From contig JAQGDQ010000450.1 of NCBI GenBank assembly GCA_030141605.1, positions 1 to 64,000 of the forward strand: 64,000 bases of DNA, read 5' to 3'. The notes under the pieces were generated by a model that did no database searches, was not told where the DNA came from, and worked only from the letters and a program-made list of their open reading frames with translations. Positions within the stretch are counted from its first letter, which is position 1. Each line of letters starts with the position of its first letter. This DNA is from Tubiluchus corallicola (lineage: Eukaryota; Animalia; Priapulida). Shown here in pieces: positions 53,639 to 64,000 of the stretch. The translations under genes and the position numbers were made by a program.

Positions 53639-54534
53639 TACGAAGGCTGTTAAAACGCTCTTGTCAAGTACTTTTTCTCAAATAGTTCCTTCTACCTCCA
53701 AGGCTACAGTGACCCAAACGTGGCAATTTCCAGAAGAGAAACACATACCAATCAGCTGTCCAGAGAAAAACCATGCACTATAGGTCCGACAATTACAGAT
53801 GCTTCAATATTTTATGTGCCATTTGACGACAATCCTGATTATGTGACCTCAACAAACTTCCACAACGAACATAGTTGATTCTGTTAAGTGCCCTGATGAT
53901 GTCGATTCCTTGGCTTCATTATTTGCTCAGGAATTGTTGTCTTTTGCAAACACCTGCACAGGCACCTGTGCAAACGCTTTTATCACAGACCGCAACGAAC
54001 AATAATGAAATGAATATTTCATATTGCTTAATGTTACTCTTTTGCAGCTGCTGATTACATTTCCTTTTGTTCCACCTGTATTGTATAACCCGAAGTAAAC
54101 ACCTGTTTGTGTACTGTTTGCATAATATGTTTGTTTAGTAGCTTATCATAAAACAGTTTTCTCTATGTTCTGTTGTGACATCTGCAAAACTGTTAACAAA
54201 CAAAACATTCAGGAAACGTCATCAGGCAAACATAGTTCAATATTAAACACACGCAGTTGTGAAAACAAGCCAACACGCTGACGGTTGATAGATTGTTACG
54301 ATTAATTATCGAAACATGAATTTCTTAATAATAATAATAATAATAACTGTTTCTATAATATTGGATGTCCAGTACTTTCCAAACACCACCCTTCTGATGT
54401 TATTTATCAAGTAGCTAGCTTGCAATGAAATGCAGGATGGCCCTGCTGTTATGTTTTACATTTTTAGTGACAATTGTATGCCTTACGCTTGTGATTATTA
54501 GTCAGTTATCAGAATAAAAAATTTAATGAATGCA

Positions 54535-54626
54535 AAGAGAGAGAGATAGAGAGCGATAGTTTGTGTGAAAGAGTGAGTGAGAGAGGAAAGAGAGAGTGTG
54601 TGTGTGTTTGAGAGAGAGAGAGAGTG
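54535..54626. repeat. (GA)n/(GT)n microsatellite
   Basis: Directly visible. Confidence 0.85.
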
Positions 54627-54916
54627 AATAAGTTTCTTTGTATAATTTCTTAAATCTAACTCAACCTTGTTATAATGCCAACCTCACTTAATGCTCACAA
54701 CTTTTTGCAAAAAATGTCTATATTTACTAAGACATCGATTAAAACCACTCAATACACCCATGACAGCAATTAAGAATTTATTCAAACTGAACATTAGGTC
54801 ACATATTAAACTAACTGAAGTGAGTAAATGCAGCATTTCATTGATAACATTTACAAGATTTTAAACACAGTTTTTTTCTTAAATGGTTTTTCAATCTTTG
54901 CGCCAGGCAAATGCAT

Positions 54917-56341
54917 TTAACGTCCCTCTTTTGAGTGAGTCATCTGATGATACCTCAAACTGCTTGACCATGCAAATGCAGCATCACACTGGGAGCACTT
55001 AAGAGGTTTTTCTCCTGTGTGAATCCTTGAGTGTTCTTTCAAAGTGCCTGACTGTGAAAATGTAGCATTGCACTGATTGCATGTAAAAGACTTCTGTCCA
55101 GTGTGAGTTCTGGAATGCTTTCTCAGAGCTACTGACTGAGAAAAAGCAGCATCGCAATAAAGGCACTTAAAAGGTTTCTCAGCTGTGTGAACTCTTAGAT
55201 GTCGTAATAAGTTAGACGAACAACTAAATGCTACTGAACAGTGACAACATTTAAAAGGTTTTTCTCCTGTGTGAATTCTTAGATGCCGCGTTAAATCAGA
55301 CGATTTTGCAAACGCAGAAAGACACTCAGTGCATTTAAAAGGCTTTTCTCCTGTGTGAGTTCGTATATGCTGTTCTAAACTTCCTGCCCAGGTAAAAGCA
55401 GCTTCACATTCATTGCACTTAAAAGGTTTTTCTCCAGTGTGGTTAGTTATATGTCGCTTCAAATTGCTTAGTTGAGCATAAGCAGCTTGGCAGTGAGTAC
55501 ATTTGTAAGGTTTTTCTCCTGTGTGAATTCGTAGATGTCGTTTCAAATCAGAAGGGCTACTGAAAGCAGCAAAACACTCGGTGCACATGAAAGGCTTTTC
55601 TCCCGTGTGAGTTCGTAAATGTTGCTTTAAACTCGCAGTCCAAGTAAAAGCAGCACCACATTCATTGCACTTAAAAGGTTTTTCGCCTGTGTGACTTCTT
55701 GAATGCACCTCTAACTTTGACAGATAATTAAAAGCAGCTGAACAGTGACTACATTTGAAAGGTCTTTCTCCTGTGTGAATGCTCTCATGCTGTTTTAAGT
55801 TCCTTTTGTAGGCAAAAGATGCAGAACATTGAGTGCATTTAAAAGGCTTTTGTCTTTCGCGAGATGGTAATAGTGCTTGTGGTGAGTATGACTGATTGCG
55901 AACAAGGTCGCACTGATCGCAGTTAAAATCAGAAACAGAAGGCCTCTCACTTTGGAGTGGTAACTGCTCTTTACTTTTTTCGACTTTGCTAGCTGAAATT
56001 TCGGGTTCTATACAATTAGTCTTTGCATCTTGTGCACAATCTTGCACAGTATCAGCTAAAATATTAGGCTCATTTTTTATCCGTGCATGAGTTGTTTCTC
56101 TATCCAAGCAATCACTTTTCATGCGCATAAAATGTTGTTGCTTATTTGTATAAAACGTGTTTTGGGAGTCCCTGTTTTTCACGTTACCTGCAGGAACATC
56201 TTGTGCAGTTTTTACTTGCACATCGTCAATTTGTATATAATCGTCTGTCGTTTCCTCGTTTACGCAATCGTCAGTCACATTTGCCAGAATATCATGTTCA
56301 ATTTTTACAGATACGAGAACTGGATGGTCAGAATCGTCCAT
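54917..56341 (-). CDS. C2H2 (Kruppel-type) zinc-finger protein, 11 tandem fingers
   Basis: Repeated FKCxxCxxxF....LxxHxRxH with TGEKP linkers; acidic N-terminus with VKIE/IKNE motifs; an acceptor just upstream (tttgcag) suggests additional 5' exon(s). Confidence 0.93.
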   Translation of the reverse strand: MDDSDHPVLVSVKIEHDILANVTDDCVNEETTDDYIQIDDVQVKTAQDVPAGNVKNRDSQNTFYTNKQQHFMRMKSDCLDRETTHARIKNEPNILADTVQDCAQDAKTNCIEPEISASKVEKSKEQLPLQSERPSVSDFNCDQCDLVRNQSYSPQALLPSRERQKPFKCTQCSASFAYKRNLKQHESIHTGERPFKCSHCSAAFNYLSKLEVHSRSHTGEKPFKCNECGAAFTWTASLKQHLRTHTGEKPFMCTECFAAFSSPSDLKRHLRIHTGEKPYKCTHCQAAYAQLSNLKRHITNHTGEKPFKCNECEAAFTWAGSLEQHIRTHTGEKPFKCTECLSAFAKSSDLTRHLRIHTGEKPFKCCHCSVAFSCSSNLLRHLRVHTAEKPFKCLYCDAAFSQSVALRKHSRTHTGQKSFTCNQCNATFSQSGTLKEHSRIHTGEKPLKCSQCDAAFAWSSSLRYHQMTHSKEGR

Positions 56342-57587
56342 CTATGCGAGTTTTCTGCAAAGAAAAACACAGCAAATGAAGGAAATCTTCCAAATTTGCT
56401 TGAGCTAAATATTATTACACAGCTCTGGATTTTGCTTAATGCCCTCAGATTTTACTCCTCTATTTTAAATTACTATTTACTTACTATTTATTGCTATTTA
56501 CATTATTTCTTATAAAAATTCTTTCTTACATAATTTCTTTTTTCTTACAAAAATTGAATAATAATGTCCGATTTTGTTGTCGTTATTGTAGTCTTTTTCT
56601 CAAAGTGTAGAAATGTTAAACTCGTAGATAAAGTGTGATCGTATAGTTTACTGAAGTACAAAACGATCCATAATATTAACATCAAGGAGTGAACAACTAA
56701 AGTGAGAGCAAATATACATAGATAAAGCACAAGTCATAACTTGCTCCTTAATAATCAATAACTAACTCCTGCAACGTTCTGACACTACGTATATTCACTT
56801 GTCTTAGAGCTGCTATTAGAAAGTCTATTTTTACATCTAACATCAATTCTATTCTTAGTATTGTCTTCTGCTGACTTGCTAGTCAATGGTCAGCAACTAT
56901 TCTTAGAACATTTACTTGACAACAGTTAGCTTAACACTGATTGGCTGCTTGCATGACAGTGACCGTTATCTGTCAATCACTGGTCATTGTCTGTCTGCCC
57001 ATTGGTCAGCATTGACTAACCATTGGTCAGCAGCATTGCGGGACGTCTGTATAAGCTGGAGTAATGTAATCTGATCCAGAAGCTTGCCAGTGCTTACATG
57101 TGTTTACATGTTTGTGTTTCTTGTTTAACATTCAGTGTTAACTAACATTATATTGCATACGGCTGGTGTTTTATATTTTTAACTTGTAAGTAATTAATTC
57201 AGCAATATTAATTTTATGAAAAATTATTAAATATAAAATGTTTGAAAAATTAGCAAATATAAAATATTTGCGTTTAATCCTATTACTCGTCCGTTGCTTA
57301 TAAAAAAATTAAAAAAAGTCTGATGTTATAATGCCCTACATTCCTAAGTACTCACACCACTATTAACGTTAGTCAGGTTTTGGTATACTACTATCAGTGA
57401 ACTGTATTTACATGTGTACTGACTGCTACATGAGTGATTGTATTACGCCAGTGTCTATGTCACCAATGAAGTCTTACTAGTGTAGTAACCCGTCCGTACG
57501 TTATTACAACATGTGGTATTTTTTTAACTGATATGTAATGTAAGTGTCTGCATATGTAACCACGCGTATGAGACATATAAATGTATA

Positions 57588-58101
57588 CAGTCATACCTCT
57601 TTTTTCGACCATAATTCGTTCCTAAAAAGTGTTTTGAAACCGAGTTGGTTGAGTACTGAATCATTTATCCCCATAAGAAATAATGTAAAAGCAAATAATC
57701 CATTCTCAAGCACCAAATGAACTGTAAATTATTACTAAAACGAAATATAATAATGCAAAAATGTTTATTCAAACAGTAGATACGATACAATTGATAAGAA
57801 AAACATAATAGAATTACTTAGAAAGAAAAACATAATTATTCCTGCATGAAAAAGCGGAGAAAAATAAGCGTAGAAAGCACTTAGTGATGTTAGGCAATTC
57901 AAATCTTGTGCGTGACTACTCTCGTGCGCGGTTGGTTACGCTCGGTTCTACTCGGCTCGCCGCGCATGTGTTCATCACGTGTTTGGCGGTTGGTCGAGTA
58001 CTGAAATTCTGGTCGAAAGCGGAGACAATTTCAGTTCAAATTTTCTGGTCAAAAACCGATTTGTACGAGTACAGAGACGTTCAAAAACGGAGGTATGACT
58101 G
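57588..58101. mobile_element. pogo/Tigger-like MITE
   Basis: TA|cagtcatacctc ... gaggtatgactg|TA. Confidence 0.85.
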
Positions 58102-58103
58102 TA

Positions 58104-58576
58104 CAGTCAACCTCGGACATGAGGGTCACCTCCGGACAGGAAAAAATCATTCCTTATATCCGATGTCCCTTATAGCCGAAGTTGAGTCAGACCGAGCATT
58201 TATCTAGATCTGTACTTTTACCCATATTTTTATGGATTATTGCTACACATTCAGTGCAAACGGTATGTAGTAAGCTTCTTCAGTGATGCGAGATGTATGT
58301 GACCACGTAAACCGAGTTGTTTGAACGCCGTATTTGCGAAAAATTGAGGTTAAAAATCAATCAATTTCACTTTGACCATAGGGTCCCTTATATGCAAAGT
58401 AATTTGCCTGGGTTTCTATTACGCGGGACCTGAAGATATTATCCCTTATAACCGAAAGTCCCTTATATCCGAGTACCTTATATACGAAGATTTTTACATA
58501 GGAAAAACGTTGCGAAAAATCGGGACAGGTGTTGGTGGTCTTTTATTAGCGAGTACCTTATACACGAGGTTGACTG
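58104..58576. mobile_element. pogo/Tigger-like MITE
   Basis: TA|cagtcaacctcg ... cgaggttgactg|TA. Confidence 0.88.
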
Positions 58577-59589
58577 TATGTCTAATGTTATACTAGTTTC
58601 AAAATGTGATCATGTGCACACATTATTTGATCTACATATTTGCTCTCTAACATGAGTTTATGTGTGTACATGTGTAATGTGAACATAAACTCTAAATAAC
58701 AAAATTTAAAATTTCACACTTAAAATATCATTACATATGTCAATATATACAGTGATATAATAATACTACAGTAACTAATGCATATCGAATAATCCAACTA
58801 TACTCAATACATCAGTATCAATACTAATCATGACTGCATAATAATAATCAATACATATCTTATCTTTCATTAACATCTAATAATAATACTGAATGCCACA
58901 CATGATAATTCCTGTTGCATACTATACTTACATAATCAATGTACCATATGATAATCCCTGTTTATGTTGTTGCATATTATAATTACCTCATTGCATATCA
59001 ATACACATCAAGTTAAAAAGACAACACACTTACTTGTATGGCCTTTCAGTCAAAAATTATACTTTTTGTTGACACAACTTTTATTTGTGCATTATTTAAA
59101 ATCTGCTTTGTCACTATAGAGATAGTTCTGCCATGTGTCAACATGTCTTAAAAGTACTGAAGGAGTTTGCATTTAGTAGCCATTAATTTTAATGATTTGC
59201 CATGTCATTGGGAGACTGTTCCACATGTCTATCACGCTTAAATAGGTGAAAATCGTTTAATTGCAAGATTCAAACAATAGTTACATTTAACCAATATCGT
59301 GCTCATGCTCATTAACTGAAACTCGACAAACTGTTAAAACTGTATAATGCTAAAGCCTAAAACTAAAAGTTGACGAATTTACTAATTAAACCTGGGTACT
59401 TCTCTACACCAAGCTACAGCCAGACAACTCCAACCCTGATACAATACCTCAAGTGCGGATCCACATCCACATCAACGTCAATAGATAACTGAATGCATAG
59501 TTATGTTATTTTCGAATATCAGTAGCAAGCAACATGTTCGAGGTGGTGGACTTTACTTTGCGTTCTTCGCTTGCAGCGCAAAAAATTGT

Positions 59590-60312
59590 GGGCGCCGAGT
59601 AACCCACTAGCCGAAGTAGGATAATTGGCGTACATGGGCTAGCCCAAGTAGGACGCGTCGTACATGGGCTGCCCAAGTAGGACACTAGAAACAGGTTGCG
59701 AATTGAGTTGTAAAGCGCACTGGCACCGTCCGTTGTCCTTGTTTATGGAATAATAATAATTAAAAACGTCAATATACGTTGAATAATTTATTATACATCT
59801 GGTAAAATAAAAGAATCTTATTTTGAGCTAGTAAAATGGCCAATATTAATAAACCCAGTCCTTAGGCGAGTCCAACATTTGTTTAAGGTATATCATTTTT
59901 TATTTTGTCTTGCTTCACAAACAGGTGATCCTTTTCACTCCCTCTTGGACAAATAATTGTTTTCTACTAAGTAAACGGGTTAGCGAGTTATGTGCCCTAC
60001 ATAGTTTCTCTCTTTAAAGCATTTGATATTTAGTTTAATGTTATGATGATATTAATGGAGCTACTAATAATGATGATATTGTTGTAAAAAATACATTTGT
60101 AAATTGTCAAGGACTATCCATCACTATTATAAAGTTACTTTTTTCTAAAACAAATTTACTTTTATGTTTTTGTATGTCAAAAATCTCGATTCTCGACAGA
60201 AATCGCTAGTGTCCTACTTGGGCTGCCCATGTACGACACTGCTTTTCCGTAAATTTAGCACATGCGTTTTGCCGAAAGTGTCCTACTTCGGCTAGTGGAT
60301 TACTCGGCGCCC
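59590..60312. mobile_element. MITE with long TIRs and subterminal repeats, unclassified
   Basis: gggcgccgagtaacccactagccgaagtagga / tcctacttcggctagtggattactcggcgccc; inner inverted pair gtcgtacatgggc...cccaagtaggacactag. Confidence 0.8.
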
Positions 60313-61928
60313 AACATACACGAAAGTGTGCATCACATTACGATTTTAACGAAGGAATATGGACCACAGAAAGTAGAGATTCATACTGCGCAGCAGTTCG
60401 CGCAGTTAGTGTCGCCCTAGTGGCACTGTTGTTGTCAGGTACGCTATAGCGCAAGCTGTTCGCAGTACGCACACCGGTGTGTACTGTAGCAGATGAATTG
60501 ATGAGACCAACAAAGCCAGGCTAGTCGACAGGGGCTCATAAATTGCTCAGCAGTGAGTTGCAAAAACATAAATAAAATCTTTTTAAATTTCTCGAGGATG
60601 CAGCCAGGTAATTATAACACCGTTTCGTAACTTTTGTTACAAGTTAAATATTTGTACACTAGGCAAAGACTGTAATGCCTACACCTGTCTTTGGCGATTT
60701 ATAGCACTAGCAGCTGTTATATTTTTGAATATTATTTAAAGCAAGCATAAGGCCCTAAGAATAATTAGTAGTTAAAATAAAAACGTTAAAATAAAATAAA
60801 TAGTTAAAATAATATTTCATGAAAATTAATAGGCTTATTTGCAAAAGAAGTTAAAAAGGTTGATCATAAAGAAAGTTTGCAAATACCTGGCTCATGTAGT
60901 ATTCTATTTCTGGAGATATAATTTTTCTAAAAAACATTCCTATTTAATATATTTTTATCAGGAAATATAACTTTAAGAAATATTAGGCCCGACTTTCATG
61001 TGTAATACCTTTCATAGAAAAAAAATCGATTTTTTCAGAAGAGCAAATAAGTTTTCCAGAACAAAATTTAATCTAAGCATCTGTATGTTTTATTAATTCC
61101 AAGTTAAAAGATGTTTAAAAAGCATATAATCATACATTGGCCTTTGTTATGAGTTGGAGTTGATTATAAAATCACGTTTAACAAACGGAGATGCATTTAC
61201 GACATTACTCCTCTTTTTTATTGTCAGTGAACAAAAAAATAACAAAATGAAACATTAGAGCTGTCATCCTAAGCAGCCGACATTACTTCCATCTCTATAA
61301 CAGCCAACTAACTAGGTCAAAATCAAGTTACAGAAGCCAACCTGGCACATAAATTAGAATCTGCAGGCGGGTCATGTGTAGACATCATTTATATTTAGCC
61401 TAATTTTTTTAAGATTCAGTTAGGTTTGTGTCACAAAGAATGCTCATTAAATACAGTCTGTTCACGTGCAAAAATATGCTTGTATAAACGTACTAATAAA
61501 ACACCTGTGGCTAAATCCACAGACAAATCTTGATAAATAATTTATTTATTGATGGGCTTAAATTAATTGATTTTATATAGGCCTTGGTGCTAAGGGCAAT
61601 CAATTTATATTGTTAAATATATAGGCTATATATTCTCTTCTTAGAATACATACATCATACATGTATATGAAGCATCATATGCAATTACTTGTTGTGTGCG
61701 TGTGTGCATGTGCGCATAATTTATATACAAACCTACAATATAATATATGTGTAATTATATAGCTTAATTGTGGGGCACGTGAATAGGTGCAATTTTTAAT
61801 GTGCCAAACCCGCTACCTCGGATTGGAGTAAAACGACCAAAAAACAAATGGCGGAGCCTTCAGCAAAAGGAAAAGAAGGATCTCTCTCTCTTTGTCTGTC
61901 TGTCTCTCTCCCTCCATCCCTCTCTAGG

Positions 61929-61961
<33 letters not shown>

Positions 61962-62251
61962 ATCTGTCTCTCTCCCTCCCTCCCTCTCTCTCTTGAGAAA
62001 AATCAATAAATTAATAAGAATGCATTACTTTTTTACAAAGTAGGCTGCCCATCACGCAGTCAGCTAGCCTCTTTCCTCAGGAAGAACAATAAAATTTTAC
62101 TTACAAGAAAACTGGAGAAGTTTTTCCAAGTACACAATACCTACTTATTGTTGCAACTGTTTTTCGTTTTCATGATGTATTTTTAGTTTTATAAAACTAA
62201 TAATTGCTTTTATTTTTATTTTAATAATTATCACATAGATGCTCATGGAGA

Positions 62252-62772
62252 GAGTCTACAGCCATATCACGTTGAAAACACCGGTTCTCGTCTGATCACC
62301 GAAGTTAAGCAACGTAGAGCCTGGTTAGTACTTGGATGGGTGTAGGAATACCAGGTGCTGTAAGCTTGCGGGATGCCCACAATGTATCTCGACACTAGGC
62401 GGAGGAGCTGCACAAGCAGCCAACGACTAGAGGACGGAGGAGGTCAAGACACCCAACGGTCATGTGTAGAGGAGTAAACCTTCCAAATAAGGAGTGGAGC
62501 CCCGAAGGTGGACCAGTGCAGCATGCTCACTGCCAGCTCCTGCAGCCAACCTGGTGCCAAACGTATCGCCCTGCTTTCCTTTGGATTACACCAGGGAGGA
62601 AGAAAGGGGGTTCCTGTTGTCAGGGCAATTAAGGATCTCCATACACCTTGCCCAGGTATGCGCCCTTGAGAAAGCTACTATAGTGGTTCAAAGATCGGAC
62701 TCTGTCGATGCTGCAGCTCCATTGGCGCGCACACTCCATTGTCTTCCGAGACAGAAGGATGCCAACAAGTAT
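62252..62772 (+). mobile_element. 5S rRNA-derived SINE (SINE3-type), probably with a Deu/Nin-like core
   Basis: 5S head at 62254-62367, GC-rich body with cctgcagccaacctggtgccaaacgtatcgccctgc, 9-bp direct repeat tcatggaga at 62243-62251 and 62773-62781. Confidence 0.7.
62254..62367 (+). pseudogene. 5S rRNA-derived sequence (pseudogene / SINE head)
   Basis: gtctacagccatatcacgttgaaaacaccggttctcgtctgatcaccgaagttaagcaacg...gttagtacttggatgggtg[~6-nt deletion]taggaataccaggtgctgtaagc; no T-run terminator follows. Confidence 0.88.
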
Positions 62773-62859
62773 TCATGGAGATACACACAGATATACACGT
62801 AAATGTATTTCATCAAAAAATTTCATGAAGAAGTTAATACTATAAAAAGTCATAAAAGC

Positions 62860-63520
62860 AGTGTTTTAATAATTTATACGTTACCATGTATAAATGATGG
62901 TAAGCTAATTGAGTGTACTGACAGTGAGAAATGCTTAGGAAATAAATTGTCATTTGACTACTGTAATGATGAAGATATTGCTAATCAGTTACATTTGTTT
63001 TATGTGCAAATATGCTATGCACAAAATTTTATTATTGCTCACGTAATGTTAAGATATTTTTGTTTAGATTTTATTGCTCTACTGTTTGCTGCAGTAAACT
63101 GTAGCTATTGTATAAACACGGCAATTTTACAAAACTTCGCGCTTCGTACAATATTGCCCTCCGAATTTTTTTAAATTATGAATACGGTACGCATGCGTCA
63201 CTAATTTGTGCAAACAATCTTACTGATCATTTTTAGGTCTTAATGCGCAAATGTGTTTTTAGCCTAACAAACAGAATTTCAAATAGCAGTAATGTGGTTT
63301 TGTCTAGCATAACTGATACAGGTATTCGGTATAAGGCATTGTACTTCCAATATTGGAGCTCATTACTAACCGCTTCATTTTTTATTTAAACTAACCTGTA
63401 CTCCTCTTGTGCAGTTTTTTTTATCTTGTATATATTTGTTTTATAATCTGCATCACTTATTTATTGTTATGTAGTACTTTATACATTGATTTAAATCTAA
63501 AATGAGTATTAAATAACCAA
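62860..63520 (+). mobile_element. degraded non-LTR retrotransposon ORF2 C-terminal remnant
   Basis: Frameshifted peptide ...KCLGNKLSFDYCNDEDIANQL...ANMLCTKFYYCSRNVKIFLFRFYCS...KLRASYNIALRIF, resembling the LINE post-RT region. Confidence 0.6.
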
Positions 63521-63591
63521 TACTATTGTAATATATGAAATCATGCCTTCTACAGTTTTCGTTACACTGTGTGTAGATCGTCTAGTAAAAA

Positions 63592-63775
63592 TACGTCTAC
63601 AGCTGTTTTTCGTATTCTGTCCACGAATCCAGGAAACTAGCGATGACTGGTATGGACGAATATTTTTCCACATGATAAATTGATAAATGCGCTACAGCTG
63701 TTTTTCATATTCTGTCAATGAACCCAGGAAACTAGCGATGACAGGTATGGACGAATATTTTTCCACATGACAAAT
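63592..63775. repeat. ~96-bp tandem duplication
   Basis: ctacagctgtttttc...gaatatttttccacatga occurs twice. Confidence 0.85.
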
Positions 63776-64000
63776 GCGATAAATGCGATACATGATAAAT
63801 TCGCTCAAGAACTTGTTATGGCAATAATAGGCAATATGACTGATGACTTTACCAAAAGACATTTGTCAAACTGACTAAGGACGACCTGCACACAGTTCAT
63901 TTCCTCTAAACTATAGAGAGAAGCAAAAACAGTAGAGAGTGGATATTCCATTGAAAACAGTCCAGTATGAGGAGCTCAATTCTATTTTGGGTAAGTTAGC

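Noticed and set aside
61848-61995. ATGGCG start-like context (MAEPSAKGKEG)
   Set aside because: Runs straight into a CT/GT microsatellite with no splice donor.
62254-62367. functional 5S rRNA gene
   Set aside because: Internal deletion, substitutions, no Pol III T-run, solitary and TSD-flanked.

Overview
Eukaryotic, AT-rich, repeat-dense genomic DNA, probably from an invertebrate animal (the 5S, SINE and LINE styles suggest a marine lophotrochozoan; this is inference). Five protein-coding genes are supportable: (1) a 2-exon doublecortin(DCX)-domain gene (10414-13680 +); (2) pescadillo/PES1, with exons 1-10 on + (16065-34973) and the next two in-frame exons on the - strand (39183-38999, 38783-38613); (3) a Golgi carbohydrate sulfotransferase, CHST1/3/4-like (42522-47888 +); (4) an intronless class A GPCR (52610-53638 -) whose last ~30 aa come from a transposon-like 15-bp repeat; (5) an 11-finger C2H2 zinc-finger exon (54917-56341 -). 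The rest is tRNA- and 5S-derived SINEs, truncated CR1/L2-type LINEs, hAT/pogo/PIF/TTAA-type MITEs, minisatellites and microsatellites. The most striking feature is the ~2.6 kb PES1 segment flipped between two oppositely oriented LINE microsatellite tails. It is either a repeat-mediated inversion or an assembly mis-orientation; the artefact is the more parsimonious reading. All calls were made by eye, with no database searches.
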